Positions 1-13,900 of a stretch of DNA of 64,000 nucleotides are shown one piece after another. Below the pieces are notes generated by a model. It saw nothing but the letters and a program-made list of their open reading frames with translations. It ran no database searches and was not told the origin of the DNA. Position 1 is the stretch's first letter. The number at the start of each line of letters is the position of its first letter. Source of the DNA: Trypanosoma brucei. Lineage: Eukaryota. The stretch spans positions 512,001 to 576,000 of the forward strand of contig AE017150.2 of the NCBI GenBank assembly GCA_000002445.1, given 5' to 3'. The position numbers and the translations under genes are program-made.

Positions 1-3000
1 GGTCACAGCAGCTGCGACGCGGGAAGGGAGGTACCAAGGAGCTCACGGCGGACATTTTTTACCACCAATAAACAATTAATCAAAACTGGCCATACAGACA
101 AACAGAGCCATTACAACCAGTAGCATGCTGCCTGACAGCGGAAGACAGCAATACAAGGGCAATCACAAATTTAAACAGAAGCGCGTATCTCCACAAAAAG
201 ACACATCATCAGGATGTCATCCAAGCAGTCATGAAAGCAGCTTCGAGAGAGTAAAGGAAATAGCAATTCGAAAACCCCCATGCAGCGAGTTAAGCGGGGA
301 ATAATGCTGTGGTATGCAGGAAATGGGGTTGAGACAAACAGATCCATCCAAAGCGGTAGTAAACAATGGAAGAGCAGGGACACTGCATGCCCAGTAAAGG
401 TTGCCTTAAACATACTACTGGTGTATAAAAAACAATACAATATACAACACTGTGGTCGGTTACGTTTACATTATTCGCTACCAACGGTGAACCGACGCCG
501 ATAGACGATCAATGACTAGAACTCGGCTAAAAGTAGTGCCAACTAGGGAACATACCCACCAAATAGACGTCATCAAACAAGCAAACACGAAGAGTGTGGC
601 ATACGGTGAGAAGTGACGGCCGCTGCGCCGTCATGCCATCCAACTAAAGGAGTGTTGAAAGGCACTTTGGAACATGGTCGATCGCAGAAAAGAAGGGTTC
701 TTTTATCCCATCTGTTAGTGTTTCCTGCAGAGCAGAATATGCGGGAATACAGACAGCAGCTTGGTATCCGACTGCAGTTAGTTGGCAGAAGCGACCTCAG
801 ATACTTGATTGAGGCGGTCTCGCAGGATGCAGTGAGAAACTATCGCTTAAGGAGTCAGCTCCACTTTCCACCAAGAAACTGTCAACCCACATCCCGTCAC
901 TTCGTAACAACGGTGCTGTGGAAGACAGTACCAAATCTTCACTGCCACTAAAAAAATGCACGGAAAGAGAGAGAGGCCTCTGTAGCCGTTTCAACTTTGT
1001 CGATGCCATCAATGCTACTTTCAAACCTGGCGGTACAGAATACTACCAATAAACTCAGCATATTCACGACATTTCTTAACCACAAGCAATATTTCACTGC
1101 TTAGTGCCAGCATTAAAGCATCCCTCTGGCCTTAAATATCGTGCGTTGCCGCACCTTCGTTCTTGGTTATGCAGTAGCACTCAACTTCTGCTGCCCTGAC
1201 CCACCCTGGTGGCCCAGAACACAAAACAAATGGCGCTCTCTTAGTGCGGCTACTTGCTGTGCGTGAAGGTATACTCGTTCTGCGGACTGCCGTTTCATCG
1301 GATTGTTTCCATGAGGTTGCAACACTTCCATTGCCGCATTTTCCACAATTTTATTCGCTTGCTGTCGTCTCTATTGACGATACTGTGCTCGATCGATGTG
1401 GTCGTCAGCAGCTGGAGTACTCAAGCCATGTGCCTTCCTGAAGCGCGACGTGGAAGGCGCCTGCACGAACACACACACCGGTCAACTACGGCCCACCAAA
1501 ACTCTCTCTTATTCGATCGCATGCTCTTTCACGAGAAGTGGTGCAGCATTTCTACACTTCCAACTGTACTCCGCTTTAGGTAGAAACAACGATGTGCGGC
1601 CGCGTTAAGGTCATTGTCACAGCGAAATGAAGTTGCCCCATCGAACGGGTTGTAGATTGCAGTAGCAACGGGTGCCAAAAGCGCCACGAAGTTAACTTCA
1701 CGAGGGGAAGGAAACGAGTTAAGTCCCTCAAGCTTTTCACTGCCTGCCCGCAGGGTTGTTTCCGCTGAAAAAGAGGGTTCGAACGCCGACCCCGCGGTTC
1801 AGCCTTTACTTTTTGCTGCAACAGGCGTCAAAAACTGATGCAATAACTCATTTGGAACTTCGAGCGGGTTGAACGCGGTGGCTAACAGAAGGCGAAGGCA
1901 ACCGGCTTACGTGTATCAAGCGCCAGATGGGCACCACCCAGTTTCCTTATCCCACATACCAACGATCCATTGACGCACTTCGGTGCAACAGGTCACTCGC
2001 GCTCATTTTGCCATTGCTTCGTCCGCGCTGCACAAGACGCTTACAACAGGAATCGTTCCTTACTTACCTTTCCATACGTTTAGTCCACGCATACCTTGGC
2101 GGGGCCTTTTCCACCCACTTTCTCAAATGTGTCAGCGTCCCCGATTGACCGTCTAACCCCACCTTGGCCTCTTCTTTGTCTTGTCCCCCTTTACATGCGC
2201 TTGGGTTCTGTGCGTTGGCATGTCATCCGTTGCAGCACTGAGCCTGTTCTAACTGGCAGAAGCGCCGCCCGCTGCACTTTCTGACTCTATCGCAGCTTTT
2301 GATATCACAGCTCCAGCCGACGTAGACCCTCGGTCCTTGCTGTTTGGATTCATGCATTTCGTGGGTAAGGGTCGCAGGACTTCTGCGCCTGGTTTCAAAT
2401 CTTCCAGCCTAAACAGCTTGGAGCGGCGGCGTTCCAGTCGTCCCCAAGGCGCCAACCCTCGCACCGCATCCTCACTTACCCCGCAGCCAGTGTGAGATAA
2501 CACAAGGGGCTCGTACTGTAGCAGTAGGGGAAGTTCCTTGCACTTTATGTATTAGTTGCTGCTCGGCTCTCCCTTGTGTGTCCGCCCCTCTGCTGCGTAT
2601 GTTTGTCTAGGGAATTTTGTCCCATACGTGTTGTCTGCGGCGCAGTCGTCGCGGTGCCCTTTGTGCCAGCGTTGACGAAAGGAACGTTTCATCACCCACA
2701 GCCTCTTTTATCATATCGTCGGTCGGGTGCTTATTGTTGGTGTGCGACGGAGTCCACGGTGTGTGGGCACACTTCCTCTGAGGCCGGCTGCGTCTGTACC
2801 ATGGCCCGCTCTTTGGCCAAGGAGCACCGGTTTGCTGTAAATTATGCGCAGTTTACGCCGTTGCGTCATGGTTGGAGGTTGCCAGCTCCTGTTGCCGTCG
2901 GTCTGGTGCCTTTCGTCGTCTTAAAAATCGTCTGCGTCTCAGGGGGCCGGCTTCGCTGTTTTTTGATTTGGTCTCGCTGTGGGGCTACCGGGCCCTTTGG

Positions 3001-6000
3001 GTGCAGTATATGTGATATTTCCTCCAGTCCGCGCTCCGCGAGCTTGTTTGATGGGTATGGCGTTGCCTGCGCCCTCTTGTCCGTAGGCATTGGTGCCCTC
3101 CCTTGTCACGGCGGCTGGCCACCTTCGCTACATACGTTGTGATTGTTTAGTGCTTCAGGTTCTGCAGTATATCAAGGTCTGGGCTGGGTTATGCGGGCGC
3201 GGCCTCGTTTGTGCGGCGTCCGACTCGATTGGGCCACTTGGGGTGCGTGGAGCCGCGTACGATATATGGTGGTTTGCTTAGTAAGGATCGTCGTGCCTCC
3301 TTTTAAGTATTTCTAGCGGTCAGCCCCATACAGCGCCTTCGTGGTTGCCTGGAGAAACCACCATCGGCTTTGTGCACGTTCTTGGCGCAGCTCTCTGCGT
3401 GTGTTCCTGGAAGGCGTGTGTTTGGCGTATCATGTCTTTGAGCAGTTGTTCGTTTGTCTTGGGGACTTTGACTGCAACTTTGGCAAATGTGCTCTTTCCT
3501 TTTGGTGGCATTTTTTTTGTATATCTCTGGGCCGGATGTTGTACTTCTACTTTGCTTTTTCTTCCCCCATGGCAGTCGTTTTAAGACTTGACTGAGGAGA
3601 TTGACCTCGTGCGCTTGGTAGTTTCTTAGTGACCTGTTTTCTAATTGTTGAATGGCTTTCTCTTACCCAGATGTGTGCGTTGTGACAGCGAGCGGCTGTT
3701 ACATTATGATGAAGTCGTTGTTTCCTTAGAAGTGAATCACGAGATGGACTCCCGACTGAACCATTTTGGTGGAGTCGAGATGTTCTTTATTTTAAATTAT
3801 TTTTATCAATCTTTTCTTTTGCCGACTCGCAGCACTTGTACTACTCGTGCTTGCGGACTCTAGGAAAGAGGGGAAATTTCGTTTCGGGTTGTTCTGTAGA
3901 AGATTGTACGATAGCATCCTAAATATTCCTTATGGCTGTTGGGTAACCGCCATGGTGCATTGTTTTGTGTGATTAAAAGCGCATTGATCTCCGCAGTGTT
4001 CTCTATTTCTTGTTTTGGTTAATAATGCCTCCTTTTTGTTGTACCCGTGGCTTTTTTTGTTTGAGAGGGATTTAACGCTTTTTTCCACAGTGTGTACTGT
4101 CGTGTGTGTGTGAAAGCCGACGTTCCACCATTGCCCCCGTGATGTGACCTCCGTTTTCCCCCTTTGAGAGCATTATGTGCACATTTGCGGGGAGTCAACG
4201 TTTTTTTGGCGTGGGTAAATGTTTAGGTGTAAATATTTTGGTATTGCGATTGAAGGACGGAGGTTGCCTCGCTGTGTTCGGAAGCCTGATTTACACTGTC
4301 AACAACTTACAGGACCCTCAATAGTCGTCGGAGTGCGTGACCAAGCTACAGTGCACGCCTTTTGCTGTTGTACTTCCTTGTATTGCAGGGCAACCAGGAT
4401 ACTTACACGGTTTAGTAGACAGCCCTTTGTGTGGCGTGTGACAGAGGGCTGAAAAGCTACCTTCGATCCGTTTTGAAGGAATGGACGTGCTTCACGGAGG
4501 GTTTCGTCTTTTAAATCCCCCTTTCGAACTCGTTTAAAGCTTTTTCCATAGAGTGTTATGTTGCCCTTGCTATGCTTCTTTTATTACTTTTACCGGCAGT
4601 GGTATGCGTTTTATCTTTTCTCCTTTAGTGACTTCCGCTCCTACGTAGCGTGGGGAAGTTACAGTATCTTCATAATGTGTGGATATGGTGGTTGCTTTTC
4701 TTTCAAATCTTTTCCGTTAGGCATGTGTCTCGGTTTTTTCGTCGTGCCTCTGAGTGCGATCGCTGTTGCCACTATTTCCAATCCTTTTCAAAAGCCGAAT
4801 GAAATAATTGGTCGTGCTGTTTGCACTTTTCCTGTATGCATAGGTCGCTAACAACCTACTAACCCCTTGTCATCTCGTTTGTGTTGCAGTGTAAAACTTG
4901 CTGTGTTGGTGCTCGGTCTGTGATTGCGGCTGCTGGCCCGTTTGCTTCACTAACTGGTGACGGCTGTCGGGACACACATGCCGAGGAGTAAACGTATAAG
5001 CTTGTATCTTGTTTTGTGCTTTCGGAATTTTCGTGAATTCCTTTCTTCCTTTCGCACCTTCTCTGACTATTTTCCTCTATTGTGTTCCAACAGCACCGAG
5101 AAGAGGTGTTGCTGCAACTCCCTGCATGCACATGGACGACGGCGTTGTTTTTCTTTTCCATCAATATTCTTCCAGTGGTATTTCTCCGCTCGGACCGTGG
5201 TTGTATTTGGTTGTACTGAAAGGTGATGGAGGTTACACACACCACTCTTTTGTATAGTTATGTAACCGTGGCAACTGCGGGGAGCCCTGCTGGTAATTTG
5301 TTTTGGTTGCTAATGGGGGTTGTCTTATACGTTTTTTTCTTTGCACGGGATATGGTTATTCGTGTAATCTTTGTTTTCGGCTACTGCCCTTATTTCTGTT
5401 TCCTGCGCCACTCGTCTCTGTTGGAAGTTGCACGGGGCGACAGGACCAGTTTTGGTAAGATGGGTCGTGGACCTTTCGGGGTTATCTCCGTTTCACAACT
5501 GGTGGATCGCGATAGTAATATATATGCCTGCTGTTCTTTTTTTTTATCTTTGACAATAGAATCGAAATCCTTACTTGTATCGGTATAGATTCTTTTTACA
5601 AATTTCCATTTCCGTCTCTGCTTGTGTTCTTAGTTCCTGTTTTTGCATTTCGGTGATGCAGGTGCGTCGGTGCGCACTTCGTGCCGATCATCCAGCGGCC
5701 GGCTCTACCTGATTTTTTGAATCAGACATGCTCTTCGTAATGTTTGGTCATTGTTTGGCAGTGTAGTGTACTTCGTGAGATAGGTACGATCTTTTGTTTT
5801 CGTAGTAACGCTTTCCCTATGTTCTCCGATACGGTGTAATACTTGGAATCGGTTGTGTGCTTTATGTTTGCCACTGTAGCGAAGCACTGGGTGATGGTTG
5901 GGGTGTAAAAATATGTTATGGGATCCGTCAAGTTGCTTTGTATTTGTTAATTTCCGTATGGGAGGATGTTGCTCAATGTGGCTGATACTTTGTGGTCTCT

Positions 6001-7904
6001 TGATTTTGTTGTTCGCATGGGCCGACGTCGCCGAGGGAGCAGTAACCCATCGTGACGCTGCGTGTGTGTGATGATTGCACGGAGGGAAAGACTTTCGTGT
6101 TAGTTTCCTTCGTAGGGCTCATATCGTACTTCCGTGTATTGTTCTTTATATTGTGATCCTAATTTCTGTAACATCTATTGGCTCGCACTCCCTCTTTTTA
6201 TTTGTTTCTCCGGGGATTTTTTTTAACTTTCCTCTGCTGGTGGACCCTTTGAGTGCAACGCAGACTGTTGTGATGATGCCGGTGGGGTTTGAGAATGGGA
6301 AGAAGATGCCTCCGGGGAGAGTAGTTGAGCGACTATTTTTGGCTCTTTCGGATTGCATCTACCCTAATTCTTTGTGGGGTTCCACTTAATTCTGCTCTCC
6401 GTTGCTTCGAAGAAACTTCCTTTCTGGCACGCTAATGTTCAGCGTCAGCTTTGTGGCGCCTTTATTAACGGCACTTTGTGCTACCCTTGGTCCGTGTTTC
6501 TGTACTATTCTTCTTTACTGCACGAGCGTGCAGTGTCGCTCTGTCGGACATTACAACATATGCTATGCATATCGTCTCCAGTTTTTTCTTCGTGTATTTA
6601 CGGGCTGGTTGAGGGGGCCTTTTCGATGTAACTTTATTCGTTTTCTGACGCTTTTTCACAGGTGCTTGAGAGTCACCGACAATTTGTCCATCCGATACAT
6701 ATCTTTCGTTTCCTGAAGCCTTTTTTCTTCAAAAAAAAAGGCTGATTAACTGGGTTGTGCTTGTTCATCCGTCATTTGGGATCTAGCTCTTCTTTTACGT
6801 TTTAACGAGCTGTGTTAGGTCGGTATATCTTGAGAGTATGGTGTGCTTGGCGTGTAGTTGGGAGGATCAGGGAGGTGTTTTTGTTTGTGTCCATTAACTA
6901 ATCGGCTTGCTCGGTTTTGTTGTTTTGCGCAGAAGAAGCATGGTGTTGCTGGGTTGTGTGAGTCGGATGCATGCGAGTGATGAAGCAATGAAGACAGTTT
7001 AGAAGAGGTCTATGAGAATATGTTACTGTGTTTATTGCTCCGCCACTATACTTTGTTAATGATAATGGACACAACGGTAACTATGGGGCAGTTACCAACT
7101 CCCTTAGGTCAGATTGGTTTACTGCTTATTTCGCTGTGCGCATCCCGATTGTTGAAGCGCACTTTCTTCATTTGTGCATATCATTTTCCGAAAATCGAGG
7201 GAGCATTGTCAACCGTTTTTTTGTTACGGCTAGTACGGCGACATCAAGTTGGTATGAAGCTATCTAAATGAAGGTGATCGCAATGAAAGCAGAGGACGGG
7301 TGGCCGACGATGCCCATTTGGGAAATGCGTTCTCACTCATTCGTTCTTTCCACTAGGGCTTTCTGCGGTTGATTTCCTCTATTTGTGGGTTACTTGAAAT
7401 CAATTTCCACATTTTTATACCTTTTTGCAAACGTGTGACATCCACCTGCTGTATGCGTCCACCTGAAGTTAGTCCAGACACTTAAGTTAACATTGATGTA
7501 CATTTTCTACCTCTTTCATTGCTTTACCTTGTTACATTCATTAAGCACATTGCTGTGTGGCTCACAGCAGGGGCCTTGTGCAAACAGAAATAGCTCCCGT
7601 TTTCTGTGATAGGAGGCAATAAGGTGTGAGTCAAAGTTCGGGGAGATTGGGTTCTGCTTCCCGATAGGACCCGCCTCTAGCGCAGTTTGGTGTTAAAAGA
7701 TCTTGTCGAAGGAATTTGTACTGGTTGAGGAAGAGGAGTTGTTGGCTTGAGATATACAACAGCTGTTTACCGCATTTGCACATTCTGAACAGGCGTGCCT
7801 GTGGCCCATAAGCAAGGAATTGCTCACGGTATTCTCTGGAGGGGTACCTTTCTATTTCCGGGCTGATAGGCGCTTTTTCGTTCAGCCACTTAACGTCCCC
7901 CGTG

Positions 7905-10900
7905 ATGCTCAAAGTTGCTCCGAGTGAGTTGCAGTTTGGCACGCTGGCGGTGAATGAGACACCCGCGTATTGTCGTTTCTGTGTTCAGAACGCTGACACA
8001 CATGAATCTTTATCGGTGAAGTTGACGGCTGCGACTTATTCATCTTGCGTCCGCTTCCAGCTTTGCGACGACGCACTGCTAGTAGACGACGATGACGCTG
8101 ATGGTGGTGGCATGTACGGATCTTGGCAATGCTCCGACACACTAGGGCCAACGCCGAAGTTTTACAACGCTGCCTACGATAGTATTAATTTGATTGAACT
8201 ACTTGAACTTCACCCGAACGAAGCACGAGAGATCATTGCTATCTTTAGTCCCGATCCTGAGGTATTTCCCAATGTTGTGGAGCGTACGGCACCGACACTG
8301 GTGAGTGGTACCATTCAACTGACGTCTACTTCACTCCCAAGAGCAACCCCGGCGCGTTCACTAACGTGGAGCGACGATGTGGGTTGCGTCACCTCCTCGT
8401 GTGCGCCGTCTCCCCTGCTTTGCGCTGGTGACAAAGGCTGCTCGCCTCTATTTTCCTCGCAACCTACACCGCTGTCCCGCACTGCGGACGGTACGTTAAA
8501 GAGCAAAACAGTTACATCAGCCAACCGCGGCTTTCTTCACGCCGCCGTCCGGTCGGAGACTCTGACCCTCCCATTCAGTGCCACCGTGTTTCTTTCTGCA
8601 TTCACTGTGTCTGTGTCAGAGCTCCAGGCAACGATGGCTCCCAGTAGAACGCACCTGATGGGATTCAAAATAACGAATATTTCACCGCTTCCGCTGCAGC
8701 TCGTCATTCGTATGCAAACGATGCCCCACAAAAACGTTGAATTAACTGTCTGTGAAGAAGACCAGTTCGAAGTGTCACTGATCGGACGGGTGTTAGTGCT
8801 TGATGGCCATGCCTCGATGAATTTCACTGTCATCGTCCGCACTGCTGCTGTTTCCGAACTGGCCGGTAGTGGCGCGATAATGAAACGGTTTTGTCACCGC
8901 ACTGTTCTTCAATGTGATAATCTTCGTGATGCACGCAACTCAGAGCTTATATCGGTTAATGTGAATGTTGTGCCTGAGCACCTTCAGAAACCCCTGGTTA
9001 GCGTGGCTGACCCCTACCTCGACTTCGGTGCTGTGTACCGAGGTACGCGGGTTGTGCGGGAGGTGAGTATTTGCAATGTTAGCCGTGAAGATTTAACGGT
9101 GCGCTTGCTTAACCCCCGGCCACCGCACTGCGAAGGTGTACTAACCCTTGTTCGTGGTGCCAGAAGTGAAGCTAGTGGCGGGAAGGACATAAAGAGCGTA
9201 AAAAATAGTACCCCTGTTAAGATCACTGACAAGAAGAAGAGTAGCACCGCTGTCGTAGGACCATACGATAACATTGTACCTGCTGATGAGCTCGTAATGG
9301 CAGCTCAGAAGGGCTCATTGCAGGTTGGCGTCATGTACGTTGCGTCCACGGACTCAGAGTATAAAGGGACCGCGAACCTCAAGTTTGAACTGGATTTCGT
9401 CATCACAGGATATGAGAGTGGTGCCAATAGCAGCAGGCGTGAGCAACGTGTGGTTGTTCGGTGTGTAGCGACACTCTTTACGAGCACCATCGTGGCTCCG
9501 CTAACTAATATCAACTTCGGAGACTGTCCTGTTGGCCAGACACGCCGGGTCACATTTCATATTGAGAACCCTTCGCTACTACCAACTACCATCAACGTGC
9601 AGCTTCGAAGTAAAATTGTCTCTATTGAAGGGGTGCCCGCGCGGCTCTCCGAAACGGGCGCACCTGAAACAGTCGGGGAGTTTTCCATTGCGCCTCAGAG
9701 CAGTCTGCCTTTGACGTTGCGGATGACCCCACAACGTGTCAATCCAACGTACTGCAAGCAGCTTACTGTTGTAAACGTATCAAATCCTGCGGAGGACCGT
9801 CTCATATTAACCATTGAGGCAAATAACATGCAACCCGCCGACATGGAGCTTCATAATGAATTCTATACGTGTGAGAGTCGGCCCCTGTGCTACGAGGATG
9901 GAGTGAACAAAACTAGGGACGGGGCTAGTGGTGGTAGCAGTATTGAAGCGGATGAACGTAGCGGTGGTGGTGCAGCACCGCTGCGTGCTATTGCAAGTGT
10001 TCCGCTTTTTGTTGCCTACAGGCTGCTGTCGAGGGTGAACTATCCTCTCGAGCTGCAGCTTTCTACGACAGGTGCGGAGATTGGTACATTTTGTTTGGAG
10101 GGGATGCCGTCGGCGGACTGGGAGGCACTTGCTGTGGAGCTGCACTCATGCTGTTGCTTTGGCGGCGAGGATACGGCTAGTAAATTGGCACCTGAGCGTG
10201 CGGAGGAGGTGCGAGACGGAGTAATGCGTGCGTTGAATAACCACGCTATGTCTGTAAGTTCGGTGGTACTGGAACCGCGAGGCAGCACCACTTTGTATGC
10301 CTGTATTCTGCGAAATTCAATTGGCGGCGTGGACGCTGTGACAAAGGAGGATGGTATTAATATAGGCATAGAGCACGTCGAACTGCGGCGTTTTATGCGG
10401 CTTTCGTACCGGGTTTGTTCCACACGCTTTGAACTGGGCGGCCAGAGGGCTAAACACTTCGGAGAGGTAAATGTCGGTGAGCGGAGGTCTACAAAGGTGC
10501 CCATCACCAATCAGTGCAATTCTCTGTTGCTTCTACGCGTGACGAAGTCACGAAGTGTTATGGCTGGCTATATTCGTGTGGATGGCTCAGATCGCAATTC
10601 TATTTACTTTCGCATTCGTCCGTTCGCTACGAAAGAACTGGAACTAACCTTTTCTCCGGGGCTGAAGGGGAGCCTTGAGGAACGTATTCAGTTTGTTAAT
10701 ATCCTCAACCCTGGCAACGAAGTTGTAATTACTGTAAAGGCTACTGTCACTAAGGCCGAAACTTTCGATGTAAGCCCTGATTCGTGGAGCTTTGGTCTCG
10801 TTTCCGTGCCAATGCTTCAGCCGGTTACTAGTGGCGTCGCAACAAACGTCAGAGGATCGACTTTAGTGGCGGGAAAGGGAAACGGAGGTGCTGGCAATGA

Positions 10901-13900
10901 CGATAGTAGCCGCCAAGTGGCTCGCGTCGGAGCCCGTTTCACTGTGTCTAACACAAGTAGCGCGCGCCGTGCCTTGCGGCTGAAGCTTGACACCACGGTT
11001 AGTAACAGCAGTGTGGGTGGAGGAAATGAAAATGCCCATTGCCCATTGGAGCGTTTTTTCAGGTTTGAGGGGATTGATGTTCGGCTGCAGCTGGAGATGG
11101 AACGGGGTGGCGCGTCTTCCGGTTCTTCCCGGAAGCTGGAGGAAAAGATTGAGAAACTCGAGCAAAAGTTGAAGATATATCGTCGTAAGAACAAGGTTGA
11201 TAAAGTTGCTGCTGCAGTGCGCCAGATTGAGGAGCTTAAACGCGCACTGATGGGCGAGGTTGTGGATATCAACACACTTGAGCCTGACGATGGTGACACA
11301 AAGAGTAGAGATCCCCAACAACAACGACTTCAGGACTTGAAGTCCCCCCGTGAAACCCCCGAAGGCGAGGACGAGAAGTTTGCAGCCTCCAAGGTGCGGT
11401 TGCAGGAGCACGGTGAGCTCCTCTCAATGCTTCTTCGGGATGGGATTGCGTTATCCGAAATGAATGCTGGGGAATCAATTATTCTCGTGCTGGGGATTAC
11501 ATGCACCCGGACGGCTGAGCACATTCCGGCAGCACAAAGTGGCATTTTAACTTTTGTGCTGTACGAGGCAAACGACACGGAGGCAAGCAGAACCATACCT
11601 GTCGATATAACACTTGTGCGTGTAGAGGGGGAAGCAGACATCGGAACAGTGGTAGGAGGGGAGAGGCCGTTGGCCCATGCGGGCAAAGCTGGTGGAGGAT
11701 CAAGCACCGATGCAAATTTGCCGGGGATACTGCCGCCGACGCCTCGTTCTCCGTCACGTCCAGGGAGCGACAACCCATCGCCGATGCAGGCTCCTCCAGA
11801 AACATCAGGAGGAGCCGCACAACTGACGCGACCAGGACCAGCCTCACAGTGTGATTCCACCTCGTTTATATCACTTGAGCTGGGTGATGTTGTGGGAGTA
11901 TCATCTTTCATGTGCTTTCCAATGATTTCATTAAACAACTGCGTTGTGCAAGAACGGTGTGATTTTACATTTTACGTGCGCACTACTATGGACACCTCGA
12001 TTGTAGTACTTGAGCCCTTTCGATGTTGCGGCCCCGGTGTCGTTACCAGCGGTAGCTACGGTGGGTGTATGGATGCCATGGTTGATGCCTGTGGAGCTAT
12101 GGATGACCGTGAGATTTGTAAGGGATCAGCGGCTGTTAGCCACATGGCGACCGCCAGGGTTGTTGGTGAAGAAATGTCGGCCCTTTCAGGGCCTTGCTCT
12201 ACGTTGAGAGCGACAGTAAGAACTTTGGATGCGTCTTTCAGGTTTTCTCGACGGAGGGGTGCTCTCCACTCGCGACAGCCGCTTTCCATCAACGTTCAGT
12301 GCACACCGAGTAGCGGTGGTCCGCAACGCTACTTTATCCCCGTCGCAAACCTTCAGGACGAGGGCAACGTGACTTACCTCGTGGTGAGCCTTAATCCATC
12401 GCCAGTGGATGATGGATGCCTGCTTAAAGTGGCTCCAAGCACTTTGAGCATGCGCGACATCGTCCTGCCATGTGACACTGCTCTTTTGGACGTCCAATCG
12501 TTTGCTGTGCGTAGCCATGTAGGCCGGCCGCATGCGTTACTTATTCGATCAACTAGGCCGGCACTTGTCAGACTGTTCGAGGACGCCAAATGTAGCGTCC
12601 CACTGAAAAACCCCGTTAGGTGCTCATTTTCCGAGAAACTTAAAGTTTACGTGCAGCTTCGCCCAAGCGAACATTCTCGAAAGCATGCAAGTCGAGTGGT
12701 GACCGCCGGCATACTCATTGAGGCTATAGTCTCTACCCGGGGCCTCGACTGTGGGCATAGTGGTGACCCTATTCACGGAGGTCAGTGCGGTTATGCTATT
12801 CTCGCGCATTCCGTTGTCCGCGTGTCTGCACGCATTGGCAGCGGTGAACTGGTGTTGCGTGAATCATTTATCGATATGGGCTCCGTGGCTCCTCACTGTC
12901 ATCAGGCCCAAACCACTCTAACTGTGTGGAACCCCTCCGACTGCTTTGAGGTGCGGGCTCGGTTGGTTGCCTCCATGCCGCTTACCGGCATTGGCATTCC
13001 CGAAATTACCCTCCCCCCGGGTGGTAAGGTTGATGTGCCCATAACGTTGCATATTCCGACTCCGGGACTTGTCCGTGAGTCGATATCTTTGCATAATCTT
13101 AGCTGCAAGCAGAAGACGCTGAGTGTGCGACTTAATGTGTTGAGACTTGATGAAGCGATATCAGTAAGCGTCGTCCCATATGAAGTCCAGATGCAGGGAG
13201 AAGCGCTGCTGCATTCAACCGCGGTTCATCCCGGATGTGCTCAGGATGGTTGTGGTGTCGTAGCTTTCCCCACCGCTGCTGTTGTATGTGGGGAGGGCGG
13301 TGTGTTTCGCCTCCATAACCCCGTGGTTAGCACCGCCATGCATGTGACAAACAACAGCATGAGGAGCCTCATTCTTATAGCAAGGAGCAGCGCCCCATTT
13401 GTTTTCGGGCATCCTGATACCACTTTGCAGCTGTCGGGAGTGCCACCGTATCACGAAGATGGCTTCGTTTCTATGTACCTGCCCTCTCCACCCGATTCTT
13501 ATCCCTCTTCTTTGGCTGAGACGGAGACAGAGACGGAGGCCGAGGCGGAGATGAAACCGCTTTCACATTCGTATACCCGCGGTCGTCTGCTGCTTGATGC
13601 GCGTCACACACAGGCGGTCGCGTGGACGCTTACATCGACTCCGCCGTTTACTCTAAAGCAGAAGCAGCGGCTGCTGCGACACGAGCTGGTAACAGTGGAG
13701 GTCGCAGCGTACATCTACGTTGGTCAAGTCGTGGAGGAAACGACAGGTTTTCCATTTAATGACATGATGTTCTCGGCGGTGCGGCCCTTGCCAATGGCGG
13801 AGCAGTGCGTTCTCGTACCAAAGTTTTTGCTTAACTTCGCGGTGAGCGAAGGCCGCGTGGAACCATCCGTTATTGACCTGGGCGTTGTTGTTGTGAATAA

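Noticed and set aside
1736-1815. A tRNA-like 'GGTTCGAAC' T-loop-type motif ('agagggttcgaacgccgacccc').
   Set aside because: I could not fold a cloverleaf on either strand. Flanking sequence does not pair with the putative T-loop to form a T-stem, and no matching acceptor or D-arm is evident.
1-2500. Possible decayed retroelement (ingi/RIME-like) or pseudogene in the complex, ORF-less first 2.5 kb.
   Set aside because: I cannot recognise any reverse-transcriptase, endonuclease or known element terminus by eye. The idea is retained only as part of the strand-switch finding.
2576-3142. A 188-codon + ORF in the leader region with a Cys/Gly/Val-rich translation.
   Set aside because: Its composition reflects GT-rich DNA ('CCVCLSREFCPIRVVCGAVVAV'). 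There are no domain-like features, and it sits in a region where every frame has ORFs of similar length.
10863-11411. Minus-strand ORFs of 150-205 codons lying antisense inside large + strand genes. Examples are 10863..11411, 11330..11938, 16486..17034, 49703..50239, 52681..53190 and 56140..56757.
   Set aside because: They are fully contained within much longer, domain-bearing + strand genes. Their translations are Ser/Arg/Pro-biased, typical of the antisense of GC-rich coding sequence. All supported genes in the window are collinear on the + strand.
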